Assembly (NCBI RefSeq): GCF_902459465.1
Contig: NC_047073.1
Location: forward strand, 14,694,001-14,758,000
Reading direction: 5' to 3'
DNA from: Asterias rubens
Taxonomy: Eukaryota
Length of the DNA stretch: 64,000 nucleotides
Positions 26,301 through 38,223 of this stretch are shown one piece after another. The notes beneath the pieces were generated by a model that was given only the letters and a program-made list of their open reading frames with translations, was not told the origin of the DNA and ran no database searches. How positions within the stretch are numbered: position 1 is the stretch's first letter; every line of letters begins with the position of its first letter. The position numbers and the translations under genes were made by a program.

Positions 26301-29300
26301 ACTGAAGTGGATTTCATATATTGTTCCTTCCTGTGCATATATTGTTCCTTTACTAATTTATTTGGGTTTACTGTCTTAATGTTTTGCAATTTTTACTCTA
26401 CGGATTGTTCTGTAAGGTTCTTGTATTTTCATTTGTTTGGATTGCTGTATATTTTCCTGTTGTAAAATTTTTAATATTTTTATAATTATTTTGTTATGCG
26501 CTTGTGTACATTTTATGGAATGGGCGCAATACAAATGAATAAATTATTATTATAATAATAATAATTTTTATTATTTCAGGAAAGCTCTAAAGACTCGTTT
26601 CTTTGACTCCTAATTTTGTTCTCCTTATTTTTGCTGTTCTATTATTCTACTTGTTAAAGCACTGTACTAAACAGCTTTGTAAGAGCATTATATAAACGCT
26701 TTTATCATTTTGAATTGCATTGTATTGTATCAAATTGTTGATTGTATTGCTTTGCATTGTATTGCATTGTATGGTATTGTATTGCATCACATTGTATTGT
26801 ATTAATTGTTTTGCATTGCATTGTATTGTAATGTAGGTCTATTCTAGTTGTATTCTATTCTTACAACCACTTTAAAATCCTTTAAACATAGTCTGTATTT
26901 TCTTTCTGCAGTCTGCAGCATGGACTCAGTGCATCCACCTTACAATGGAACTCACTCAAGTCAAACGCCAAGATGATCCCGTCTTCATCAATATCTTGCA
27001 GAATATACGCATTGGAAGGTAACAAATCTGTCATGTGCACTATATCAAGATTATCAGAATCGAAAAACTTCATTGAAATACGGACAAGCACTTTCATTTT
27101 AACGGTAACAGTTATTTTCGCAACAAGTGAAAAACAAGTAAAATAAATTTCAACTAAAATTTTCTTTGAACTGTAGATGTCCACAGGAGCTATGTGATCG
27201 TCTGACTGCTACGGCCAATCACATCATCGATCGGGATGGTATCCTAGCAACTAGGCTGTGTACCCACAAACAGGACGTTGACCTCTTGAATCAGGTTCAC
27301 CTCAAGAAACTGACCGGTAAGAAAAGCTAATGTGATTTACTGTAAGGTGTCATGGACGAGTGGTTTAGAGTGTCCAATTCAAGATCTATTGGTTAAGTCC
27401 TCGGAGTGTAGGTTTTGAATCATGGTTTTTTCATTGGGTCCTTGAGCAAGATTCTTTGCTATAATTGCTTTTCTTCATGACTGCACCCAGTGTACCTGCG
27501 AGGGTAAACGTTAATTTTGTGCGTTGAAAAGCCACTGTGAGCTGCTGAAATGTCATGGCAGCTCAGGGCTGTATACAGTCACCCCAGGGAGCTGAGGAAG
27601 ATTTAAAGGAACACGTTGCCTTGGATCGGTCGAGTTGGTCTTTGAAAAGCGTCCTGTAACCGTTTGTTATAAAATTGATATGGTTAGAAAGATGTTGTAA
27701 AAGTAGAATACAATGTACTACACAAATATGCCTCGAAATTGCGTGGTTTTACCTCGTCGGCTAACACAGTCGGCCATTTAGTGGAGTCAAAACTTTTACT
27801 CCCATAATTGGCCGACCGTGTTAGTTCGCGACGTAAAATGAAAACCGTGCAATTTTGAGTGATACTTAGTGTGGATCATTATATTTTACTTTTAAAACAT
27901 CTTTCTAACCACATGCATTTCATAACAAACGGTTTCAAATTTTCATAGACCAACTCGTCCGATCCAAGGCAACGTGTTCCTTTAACGTATGTCACGTTCA
28001 TCGGATTCAAATTTTGGGGAATAAAAACTTATGTATTTTTCCATAACCATGTTACTTCGAGGTGAACTGGTTCTTGAAATGCTTCATAATATTGAAAGCT
28101 GCTTTGTAGGTTTAAAAACCAAATGCTTTTAATTGATATTTTAAGAGTGATTACCAAATGTATATTTTCCCTTTGAACATGTTGAAGGCACGAGACAATG
28201 ACTGGTAATGACTCAAATTATACAATACATAAAAAGTTACTTCATAAACGACTAATGGAGAGCTGCCGATAGTATAAAACATTGTAAGAAACCTTTGAAG
28301 TAACACAGATTTTGAGAAAGTGGTAATTTCTCACTAAAACATTTGAATCTAGGAAAGACTTTAGGCCTGCCATGTAGTAAGAACACATATTTGTGCAACA
28401 AGGGTGTTTTTCTTTTTTTGATTGTTTTCTGGCAATTTCGATGACCAATTTAGCCCAAATTTTTCATCTGGATTTGTTATTTTATACATCAATGTTGGGA
28501 TACTGAGAATATCTTTGACAAAACTAACAACTTTGTCCAACCGATGCTTTTTAACTTTAACAGGAGATCCTAGAGTGTTTGATGCCTGGGACAGCGACCC
28601 CAACCTAGTGAGTATTATCAACAGTCAGTGTCCAGTCCCTAGGAGTCTTGAGCTTAGGGTTGGAGCCCAGGTCATGCTGGCCAAGAATCTTGACGTACAG
28701 CAGGGTCTGGTCAACGGAGCTAGAGGGGTGGTAACAGGGTTCGGCGCAGGGGAAACTGGTAAGCTTAAACTAACATAAAAAAACGGATCCTGGAAAAGTT
28801 TGTCCCTTGCAAAAGATCGTTGTTTTATGTTGTGAAGTGTGTTTGGTATGTCAGTACTGTAGGGTAGAAGACGAAGAATTCCCCCAACCCATATTGTTTT
28901 GTGTATGTATTAGGATGTCATGGCCGAGTGGTTAAGAGCATTGAATTGGTTAAGTCATCCAGATGTTGGTTCGAGTCCCGGTCATGACACTTGTGTCCTT
29001 GAGCAAGATCAGGCCTCTAGGCCTATGCTTCGTTTTTGAAAAGGCAAGGGCACCGAGGCATTTTCTCCTTGGTATATAAAAGGGCACCCTATGAGGAAAT
29101 TGTAAACCTCTACAGGAGCATTCCAAGGTCACCAAGGCAATGACCAGGGGGCACGGAGGCAAACGCCTTCGTTGCCTCCGTGAAGTTTCAAGCCTGCAAG
29201 ATGCCTTCAAATACTATAATTGCTTCTCTTCACCCAGGGTGATAAATGGGTTCCTGTGAGGGTAGAGGTTAACTTTGTGTTTGAAAAAGCCTTCAGAGTG

Positions 29301-31679
29301 CCAAGCTGAGAAAGATAACAAAGAATGTTGTTGGCCAAATGACCAGTCAGTCGATTTCACGAAATGCTAGGATTAATCCTATCTCGATTTAGGACGAGTA
29401 ACCTGTCCTAACTTAGGATGGGTTCAATGCATCCTCGGAACATCTTTGGATACGGAACTGAACTTGTCTTGTAAGTTAGGAGGAGTTTGGTGAAATCATC
29501 GGCAGGGCACTAGTGCAAAGCTGATGGCAACCCTTTTGCCAAATCGCTATGAATGAACTAGTTTGTATTACAAAATTTATTTGCTATTGTAAATTGTACC
29601 ATATTAGTTGTACACGTGTATAAATTTGCTATCCAAAATGGCAAGCATGTCTGCAGTTGAGAAACGTGCCATTGGTCCAAAGCGAATGAATTAATACATT
29701 AACCCTTTGTATTTGCAGGCCTACCCATAGTGAAGTTTATGTGCGGCGTTGAGCAGGCCATACGGATGGAACGTTGGCCGATACGAGCCGGTGCTGGTCT
29801 GGTACTCAGCCGTCGGCAACTCCCTCTCAAGTTGGCCTGGGCAATATCAATTCACAAAAGCCAGGTGAGATACTCAGTTTTCTAACATTCCAGTTGCACA
29901 ACTCTGGGCCCAAATTCATAGAGCTGTTTTAGCCGCAAGAAGTAGATGCACATCAAAATTGGCTTGCCAAAATAATGTTACCAGCCAAAATACCCTGTCC
30001 CGTGTACAGTTTGTGACTGGTATTCTGCTTATTTCTGCTTAGCAGAAATATTTTTTTCTTCAGTGGCTCTTTGAAATTGGGCCCGGTGTTCATTAGTATT
30101 CTTTATTGCCATGTCACACGAGGCAATTTACAGGCAACCAGTTCGCAGGCAATCTCCAAGAAGAAAAGGCATTCATATCATTCTAATGTTCACATTATTC
30201 TTTGGGATCGTATTAAAAAAGACAATGTTTATAAAAAATTACTCAGTGCTACTAATGTGTTCACTGTGGAATGCACTGCAGTTGGTTGCCTCCAAGTTGC
30301 CTGTGAAAAGTTGCCTTGTGTGGCAAGGCCCTTACGTTATAAAAGTATGATGAGTGCTTTCCAGTTTCCTGTGGCTTTTTTTTATTTTTTTCAATTTTTT
30401 TAACACATTTTGTATTCTTGCATTATAAAAATTGAGTGCTTTACATTTTTACTTTTTTCTCGTGGCTTGTGTTATTGTTCCACATATTCATTGCACTTTG
30501 GGTGATTTGATCCCTTCTCCCTTTTGCAGCCTTATCTTAGATTGTTTTTTAAAAGATGTGTTAAATGCTTTTATACAATCTATTGTTGTGCCTTTTGACT
30601 GGTTTGCATTGCAATTGTATTTTATTGTGTAAATTGTATCAATTGTGCTTTAAATGTTGTTATGTTTGATTGTTATGTATTACTTGATCTGTTCTTGTCC
30701 CTTTACTGAACAATCATTTTCTGTGATTGCTCGTGCCAGAAATGTTTACCCATATTTTTCAGTGTCAACTTGAAAAATGTTTATTACTTTGTTCTTCTTT
30801 GATATTTAGTTTTTACCTACACTGATCAATGTGTGTAAAGCACTGTCTAGTACTTAAAATGACATTTGGCTTTCTAGAGCAGTTGTCTGAACACTAGACC
30901 ATCGAGCTTGCCCTATAGCTAGAGGCAGTTCGAATCCTATATTAGATTTGTGTTGATATATTTTACTAAAATATTATATATTGAATATTCTCATTTTGCT
31001 TGATTACGTCTTTGGTGCACTGCATTTATTTTTCTTTAAATTTTGTATTGATTTTAATTGACACTTTTATTATTCCAAAATTAGAAACATACCACTATAA
31101 CCTAAGGGAGCCTAGGGTAAAAATAATGTACATACGTTTTAAGATAATCGTTTTATTAGTACATACATATTGATTGCTTTTATGGTAATTGCTTAGTAAG
31201 ATTTGAAACTTTGCAAGGTAGTAGTATTAGGTGAGGGTTGCGGTAGCGCCATGTGTAAATCTCTCCAATGAGTAGTGTTGTTGGTTCTAGACAGAACCAA
31301 AGGTTGGCAACTGTTTTACTTACAAGTGCGTAGGCCTAATGGTTAATTGCTATAACACTCTCAATGAAATCTCATACTCATATCAGTTATTATTGTTTTG
31401 TATTTAACTGTATTTCAATACTTTCGTTCACAGGGAATGTCCTTAGACTGTGTGGAAATCTCGCTCGCTCGTGTCTTCGAGTGCGGCCAAGCCTACGTGG
31501 CTTTATCCCGAGCCCGTAATCTAGAGGGCCTACGCGTCGTTGATTTTGATCGGGCCTGCGTGCGCGCCCATCCGGACGTCGTCAAGTTCCATCACGTCTT
31601 GCGGAGGCAGCAGCGCATGATGCAGACTGAGATCGAAGACTACACACAAGATAAGGAAAACATCAGGCCGTATCTTTAG
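23309..31679 (+). CDS. PIF1: ATP-dependent 5'-3' DNA helicase PIF1, 629 aa
   Basis: Exons 23309-23842, 24667-24919, 25333-25475, 25972-26097, 26912-27018, 27177-27316, 28564-28758, 29719-29864, 31434-31679, in phase. N-terminal PINT-like region, [91 protein letters not shown]. Confidence 0.97.
26715..26830. repeat. Degenerate (TTGYA)n pentanucleotide microsatellite
   Basis: Runs of TTGCA/TTGTA in PIF1 intron 4. Confidence 0.75.
27607..27981. mobile_element. TTAA-flanked MITE with 35-bp TIRs (Kolobok-like, second family)
   Basis: AGGAACACGTTGCCTTGGATCGGTCGAGTTGGTCT inverted at both ends (1 mismatch); TTAA on both sides. Confidence 0.85.
29010..29196 (-). mobile_element. CAGGCC-terminal MITE inserted in a SINE, TSD CAAGAT
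   Basis: CAAGAT at 29004-29009 and 29197-29202; SINE sequence resumes on both sides. Confidence 0.75.
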
Positions 31680-33850
31680 CAGGGATTAGTATTTCAGGTT
31701 TTTATCTGAATTACAAGATTTTGAGTCAACCTGATAAAGAAAATCAGCTGTTACTTTTCCACGTAGAAATAAATGCTGCTCTTCCATCTAGTGCTGAAGA
31801 CACTGTTCATAAAACCTCTGTGAAATCTAAACTCCAGGGGTAACCAAAATGTGGAAATGTCGTTTTGAACAACCTCATAACATTTGGGTCCTAGATTCAA
31901 ACTTTTTGTTGTTGTCAGCAATGACTCTCACCCTTGTCGTAGGAAAGCAGCTGTAAAGTGCTTTATCCATGGCACCCAGTTTGATTAACCAGAAAATAGT
32001 CGATCAGCAAGACTTAGCAAGAAACCGGTTGTGTGGAGTGTACATTTATAGTGCATTATGAGTGGTTGCCAGATTACTATGCAAAAACCCTCTGTGTGCT
32101 AAATACATGTATCGTGCAAAGCAACCTCAATGGATGAGAAATATCAGAAATTAAAAAAAAAAATTCTCTGCCTAGTGACAAAAAAGCTAAATTACTTTTT
32201 TCAGATAAAAAAAAGATCATGCTCTTAAAATTATTTTTCTAGCGCTGAGGATAGACGTACTGTTGCTGATAGCTCCTTGAAATCCGTTGTTAAGTTGTGG
32301 AAATGCAATCATTTTCAAAGACCTGCAATGTTGGTCTGAGTGTCGGTACTTTTTCGTCAGCTAATGACTTTCGTCCCTGGTTCAATGCTTACCGAGGCCT
32401 GACGCTTAACGGGGAGGCAATTGCCTCCATGCCCCGGTCGTCATTGTTGATTTCACAGTTGTGTACGATTTTCAAGTCCAAGGTGTGGTCACAGATTCTT
32501 TCGATCCCAAATCTTTACAGCGTGCCACTCTACATTTAAGTCTAGCAATGACTCACTACTTGCAAAGTTTTTAAAATGTCGTTTAAAATCTATTTATTGA
32601 CGTCTATGTATACATATAGAGTTTATAAGCTATAATTACTGTTAAAAATGTTTAACCTAAGTCATTCTTAAATGTTTGTGTTTTACCCTTCATCAATGTG
32701 TGCTAAACACTGTTTACTCGGTACTTTCCTCCCCGAGTCCTGGGGACAGAAATTTCACAGACCTTTTCCGTGAACAATTTCAACCAGATCATGTTTTAAT
32801 GCTAAATTAAAAATAAAAATTAATGAGTACCTGCCTTCATGGTTTTGATTTGCTTGATTATTAAATTTCTATTGAAAATATAAATTTATCGATATAATTG
32901 CTTATTCCCCCCCCCCCCAAGACTCGGTTGGTTGAGTTTGGTATAAAATAGCGAAAACTAATGCCTAGTAAACAAACAAATTAATGTTACAATACATTAA
33001 ATCTAGAAGGGTCTTTGACGATTTCCTTACAAAATGTCCTTACAAAAGACTAGTCTAGTTGTGTACACATTCCAGTGCCTTTCCGGCAGGCAAGATGCTA
33101 CACTGGTCATTTGGGAAATTTAAAGTTTGTGTCATCATTTCTGCATAAATTGAAGACTTGACAATACAACAGCTGAACAGGCTTTAAGATTTGCCCCCTT
33201 GATTCACATAACAAGTTGATAGAAATCAGATTTGTGCAGTCGTTCCTGCAGGAAGTCCAGGCTCTGTGACTCTTTTGTAACAAAGTTATGCCACAGGGTA
33301 CCAGACCATGTTCCCCACACCGCCCTATTTTTTACCTTCTGCCCCCCCCCCCCCACTTCCCAAAGGCACTTTAGTTTCCAAGTTTCTGACTACTGTATTA
33401 TTGTGGCATTTTTTGTATCCAAATTGGCCAAGTCAGGAGCATGGAGTTGCAAATGAAAACGGCCAACTCACTTCAGATACTGCATAATCTTTTGTTACTC
33501 TACAATGTATTACTTTTTTTCCTGTTTGTTTTCTAAGTCATCGTGGGAGTTGGGAACTACATGGGTAAGGTGTCGACCAACTCTCAACATCTTGGGCCTA
33601 ATCTTCTTAATAATAGTAGTGGCTTCTTATATAGCGCGCATAACCGTCACTCAGTGGTGCTTTAATTTTCCTGCAATGTATGTGGGACTACGCTTGAATT
33701 GTGGGACCTACTCCTTTTTTATCTTGTGTGCTTTATTCTAAGTCAGTATAAAGTTGAGAACCAAACCAGCCAACTCACTCGCAAATCTCAACCATAATCT
33801 TCTCGTACAGGGTTTTCATCTTGTTTATAAATGTGGTGTGAATCTCATCC

Positions 33851-35612
33851 TCAGTCAAACTGGACACCTTGGGCAGCCTTTCGCCTAATAAAGATGCAAA
33901 CATATTGGAGGTCAATGTAATGATTTGATAAAAAAATTTTGTCAAGCTTTGATAGTAATAGGGATTTGGTTGGGCGCTATATGATTCATATTAATTGTCT
34001 TGCTTTATTGGTTGCTTGATTTATGATTCGTATTTAGTCTTGCTTGATTGATTGCTGGGTTTAAAAGAGTCGTATGGATTGCCTTGCTTCATTGCTTGGT
34101 TAATTGTTGGCTTATATAGTTGATCTATTTTGTCTTGCGTTTGATGCTCATCTATTAGATTTGATTCATGAAATGATCGGCCCTGTTATATGCGTCAACA
34201 ATTGTTGAATTGTGACAGCCGATTGATCGACTGATAACAAAACACAACAACCACTTTAAATAATCTAGTTAAACTACTCACCGTTTGCTGCTGGGGTTGA
34301 CTATGCTATGACCTTGCTGTTTCTGAACTTTAACCTGACCTGACCTCTTCTTGTTATCAATGTCTTGAAAAAGAAATAAGAAAAGACACCGATGATCAAA
34401 TTTAAATAAATCCCACGAAATGTCGGGTTGCCATGGGTACCGTTTTATCTTGTACTGTACGCTGTGTGCATTATTAGAACTAGTCTTGATTCCAGATGGT
34501 TGTAGGCTGTGTGCATTATTTCAACTAGTCTTGATTCTAGAAACACCTCATTACTGCAAGGAAACCACCAATACTGTATTGAATATCTTTCACTTGGAAG
34601 TAGAAGAGATGTTCTAAGTTGTGGCCGAGCATGCACAGGACTCAAGTTCTGGTGACAAAGTACTCAGGGTGTTATGAAGGTTTGAGTCCTGGTCATGACA
34701 CTTGTATCCTTGATCAAGACACTTGACAATTTGCTCCTCTTCACCCAGGAGTATAAATGGGTACCTGTGAGGGCAGCCCATGTTACACACTGGATTGGTA
34801 GATCACAAAACATGAAATAATTTTTGTACCTGGTAAGATGGGTCCACCTCCAGCGCCTCCTCTTGTCTTCTTCATTGTGTTCAATTCGTCCTCGCATTCT
34901 GAAAAACAAAGATGAGAGTTCAGTTTCGTGTCACGCCCCCCCCCCCCCCAAGGCCTTCTACTTCACGGAGGCATCGTCAGGCCCTTGCCTGCATGTACTT
35001 GCAGGGAAGGTCTGGGACAGTCTGCCACATTCCATCAGAGCCATCCAGACAATAGACACTTTCAAAACAACCCTGAAGACTCATCTTTACAAAAAAAAAA
35101 TCAGTAAATTTCCATAGACATTGGAATTTTTAATTTTCTTGATCTCTTGCACCCCTGCGAATAACCTAGAGGGAAGCAAGTGCCATGATCCCTTTTTGTG
35201 GATACCGGTGCTATAGAAGACGTCCTTGATATTATTGTTACCCTGGTCGTTGCCTTGGATGGTGCCCTTGAATTGCTCCAGTGGAAATTTACAATTTTCT
35301 CATTTGGTGTCCTTTACCAGGGAGAAAATGCCTTGGAGCCAACAGACATACAGGCCTGCCTGTCCCCCCTCCCCAAAGAAAAAAAAAACAGTTTCACACT
35401 GCTAAGGGTTCAAACACTCACTTTCTAATTTCTTGGTCGTCTCCGCCGATGTGTCTGCCAGCCAAAAGAGGGCGCTCTGCAGGTCGGATTTTCTCTCACT
35501 GGCTGTTGCCTCGTAAAGGTCAAATTTGAGGGATGTCGCTCCAGTGCCGACCTCGAGACAAATTTTACGTGGCTGCTTTGTCACCAGCAGGTCGCCAAGA
35601 GTAAACGCCTTT
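33851..35612 (-). CDS. PAXX: PAXX-like (C9orf142, XRCC4/XLF paralog) NHEJ factor; last four exons only, 5' exons not located
   Basis: Exons 35612-35422, 34898-34830, 34363-34282, 33884-33851 join in phase to KAFTLGDLLVTKQPRKICLEVGTGATSLKFDLYEATASERKSDLQSALFWLADTSAETTKKLEKCEDELNTMKKTRGGAGGGPILPDIDNKKRSGQVKVQKQQGHSIVNPSSKRRKAAQGVQFD*. By eye this aligns to human PAXX (LAFDL, LPD, and the C-terminal Ku-binding motif SLINPGFKSKKPAGGVDFD). Manual alignment only. Confidence 0.82.
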
Positions 35613-36815
35613 CTAGAAAAAAAATAATGTAAACAATACTTCTTTAAGTTGCTGGGAAAAAAATGTAGGTTGATCATTTGTACCATGGAAGTGACAGGGG
35701 GAACTTCATTGTGCTATTATTTGTGGGTTCTCCTGTTGACTAGTGGTTTCTTCCCTTCTTTCTATCTATGTCGATACACGTGTTGGAGTTGCAGGGTTTT
35801 GCTCTTAACTTTTCAGTGACTGGCAAGCATGACCAGTTAGCTTTTCATTTTACTGGTCCATCAGCTTTTGCATTTAATTCCGTTGTTGTATCAAATAATA
35901 GGGATGCTTTTCAACATCAGACCTACCAAGTCTCACGCATTAGGCGTGAGACTCACGCATTTGGGCTCTGTCTCACGCTCACACACACAGCAACCATAAA
36001 GCTTGGAATTAGGTGCATTGTGGTCTTGCTGGTATCCAAATTTGATCCATATATATCCCACATTATGCACCTCATTCAACAGTCTGCGCTTGCGCAATGG
36101 TATTTGCGAAGAGGTCTATGGCTTTTCCACATTAAGAACCTCAGAAATGACCGACTATGGCCCTTTACAAAACGACGGCTTCGGCTTTGGATTCAGCTCA
36201 GGCTAGCTTGGCCCGCCGGTTGATTTGACAATTGCGCATGCTTTGCGTATACGCGCCAAGGGCTTCAGACGAGAAACGAGAAAACGGAGCCTCAAGCCAA
36301 AGCCGAAGCCGCACGTGGTTTAAAAAAGGGCCTATGAGAACTGACACCAAGTGATAGCCCCATATATAGTGCCAAGCAATACGCTGGACTCCCTCTGTTA
36401 GCTTCTTGGCCCTATGCCCGTGTAGTTTCACTTTCAGGGTGTTAATTTTTTTTTTTTATAGAAACCAACAATTTTATGCTGAGATTTTGTCGGCAATTGG
36501 TAAAAGCCGGAACTGCCTGATCTGCCTGATCTGCCGGAACTGCTAAAAAAATGAAATTTTTCGGATAATTGTATTGCATTTGAAGTCGGAACTCAGTTGG
36601 AATGGTCAAATACATCAGTTTTTGTTATAACTACTCACTAACCTGTGCAAAAGATTATTCCTGGAACTCAAAAACATTAAAATTTGACTGACTTTGTTGA
36701 TCGCATGACGGACAAAACGGACAGCAGGTACCAGACTATGCAACACAGACGCACGCAAAGTGGCACTGTATTCGTAATCGGGCGGTGCGTGGGTTATGGG
36801 ATGGTCGCTTATAAT

Positions 36816-36983
36816 ATTGCAGGTCGGAACTCACATTGCTTGCAGTCCTACGCGGTCGCACATTGCAGGTCGGAACTCACATTGCTTGCAGTCCTACGCG
36901 GTCGCACATTGCAGGTCGGAACTCACATTGCTTGCAGTCCTACGCGGTCGCACATTGCAGATCGGAACTCACATTGCTTGCAG
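36816..36983. repeat. 46-bp minisatellite, about 3.6 copies
   Basis: ATTGCAGGTCGGAACTCACATTGCTTGCAGTCCTACGCGGTCGCAC starts at 36816, 36862, 36908 and 36954. Confidence 0.9.
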
Positions 36984-36999
36984 CTAGTTATGATGAGTT

Positions 37000-37880
37000 C
37001 ACAGGGAAACTTTTTAAAATTCGGGCCACACGAACGCATTTTGACCGCGCGCGGGCGCCCTGTTTCTCGCCAAGTTCACATAAATCGCGCGTTGTTTACA
37101 CAAAGACTCCAACGCGCAAGGTCAAACCGGATGTCGCACTACGTATCTCTCGGGGCCTACGTGTGTACTGACCTAGTCTTGGTGCAAGACGTTTCTCGTT
37201 TCCCTTTTCACGCACACCGCGGCCAATTCACCAACAGCGCCCGCACCGACTCAATCCGCACCGACTCACGTGACTTAGTTCACTCACCGCTCCCCCGGAG
37301 AAGCGGTGAGTGAACTAAGTCACGTGAGTCGGTGCGGATTGAGTCGGTGCGGGCGCTGTTGGTGAATTGGCCGTGGTGTGCGTGAAAAGGGAAACGAGAA
37401 ACGTCTTGCACCAAGACTAGTACTGACCAACAAGACTTAATTCTTCGACGACCGACTTACTTGTTTGTCTCCCTCAACGTTCATTTACAAATAGCAATTT
37501 CGCGCCAATTCAAAGAGGCTGACCAAGCACTGAAGTAAAGGATTTATCGCTAGCGGTGGAGACGGAACTTTAACTCGTTGTAATTGATGAAAACAAGGTT
37601 TATACGGAAACGTTTCCATATCATATGTGGTAACCCTTCTTCTCAGGTAAGAAAACAATTCAGTGGTTTTGGAGTTAGTTAACGCTAGATAAATTGGTGG
37701 CGACATGCGGAAAATTATCATGAGGGTAAAATTTAATAAGTGCTGGCACAAGTTGTGGCAGTTGCACTGGCACTATACACAAAAGTTTCCGTATGGTGCC
37801 ACCACTTTTTCATTCGATATGAAATATGCCGCAATGGAATGTGAATCTGTTGAAATAAATGGCTTGTTGCAGGTAAGATT
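37000..37880. promoter_or_regulatory. CpG-rich putative promoter between the PAXX-like gene and an unknown + strand transcript
   Basis: Local CpG enrichment; ETS-like CCGGATGT 37127-37134; E2F-like TTTCGCGC 37498-37505; minus-strand donor AA|GTAAGT at 37460; plus-strand donors AG|GTAAGA at 37647 and 37873. Confidence 0.4.
37174..37419. mobile_element. Foldback (hairpin) MITE, 246 bp, MULE-like by TSD length
   Basis: Arms 37174-37291 and 37302-37419 are reverse complements (118 bp, one mismatch) around a 10-nt loop. Flanked by the 9-bp direct repeat GTACTGACC (37165-37173, 37420-37428); a 7-bp reading is also possible. Confidence 0.8.
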
Positions 37881-38223
37881 TTTAGTTATGAAGCTTTGAA
37901 AATTTTCCGCCCCAGAAACGGGCCTTAATAATTAGGACTCTGTATCTGTGTACAGAGGAAGAGTCCTAATTAGGGCTATGGTGCCCTGTGCTTTTGTTGT
38001 GGTGCCCTCACTCTTCAAGGTTCCAATACAAAAGTACATTTTCCCCATAGAAGTGACCCTTACCAGACCAGGGCCCAATTTCATAGAGAGAGCTGCTTAA
38101 GCAGAAAATATTGCTGAACAATTTTTCTGCTAAGGGGCTAAGCAGAAATGAGCAGGAAACCAGTCACAATTTGTTCGTGTGACATGGTATTTTAGCTGGT
38201 AACCAGAGTCCAGTTAGCATAAT

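Noticed and set aside
278-35612. Minor-spliceosome (U12) introns in the five genes
   Set aside because: No donor matches GTATCCTT or ATATCCTT; all look like U2-type GT-AG introns.
36643-36660. 18-nt micro-exon as part of the PAXX-like CDS
   Set aside because: It has plausible splice sites but no similarity to the PAXX head and cannot supply the missing domain; left out of the model.
36684-37313. 209-aa ORF with internal repeats
   Set aside because: TTG start; composed of the 46-bp minisatellite and one arm of the foldback element.
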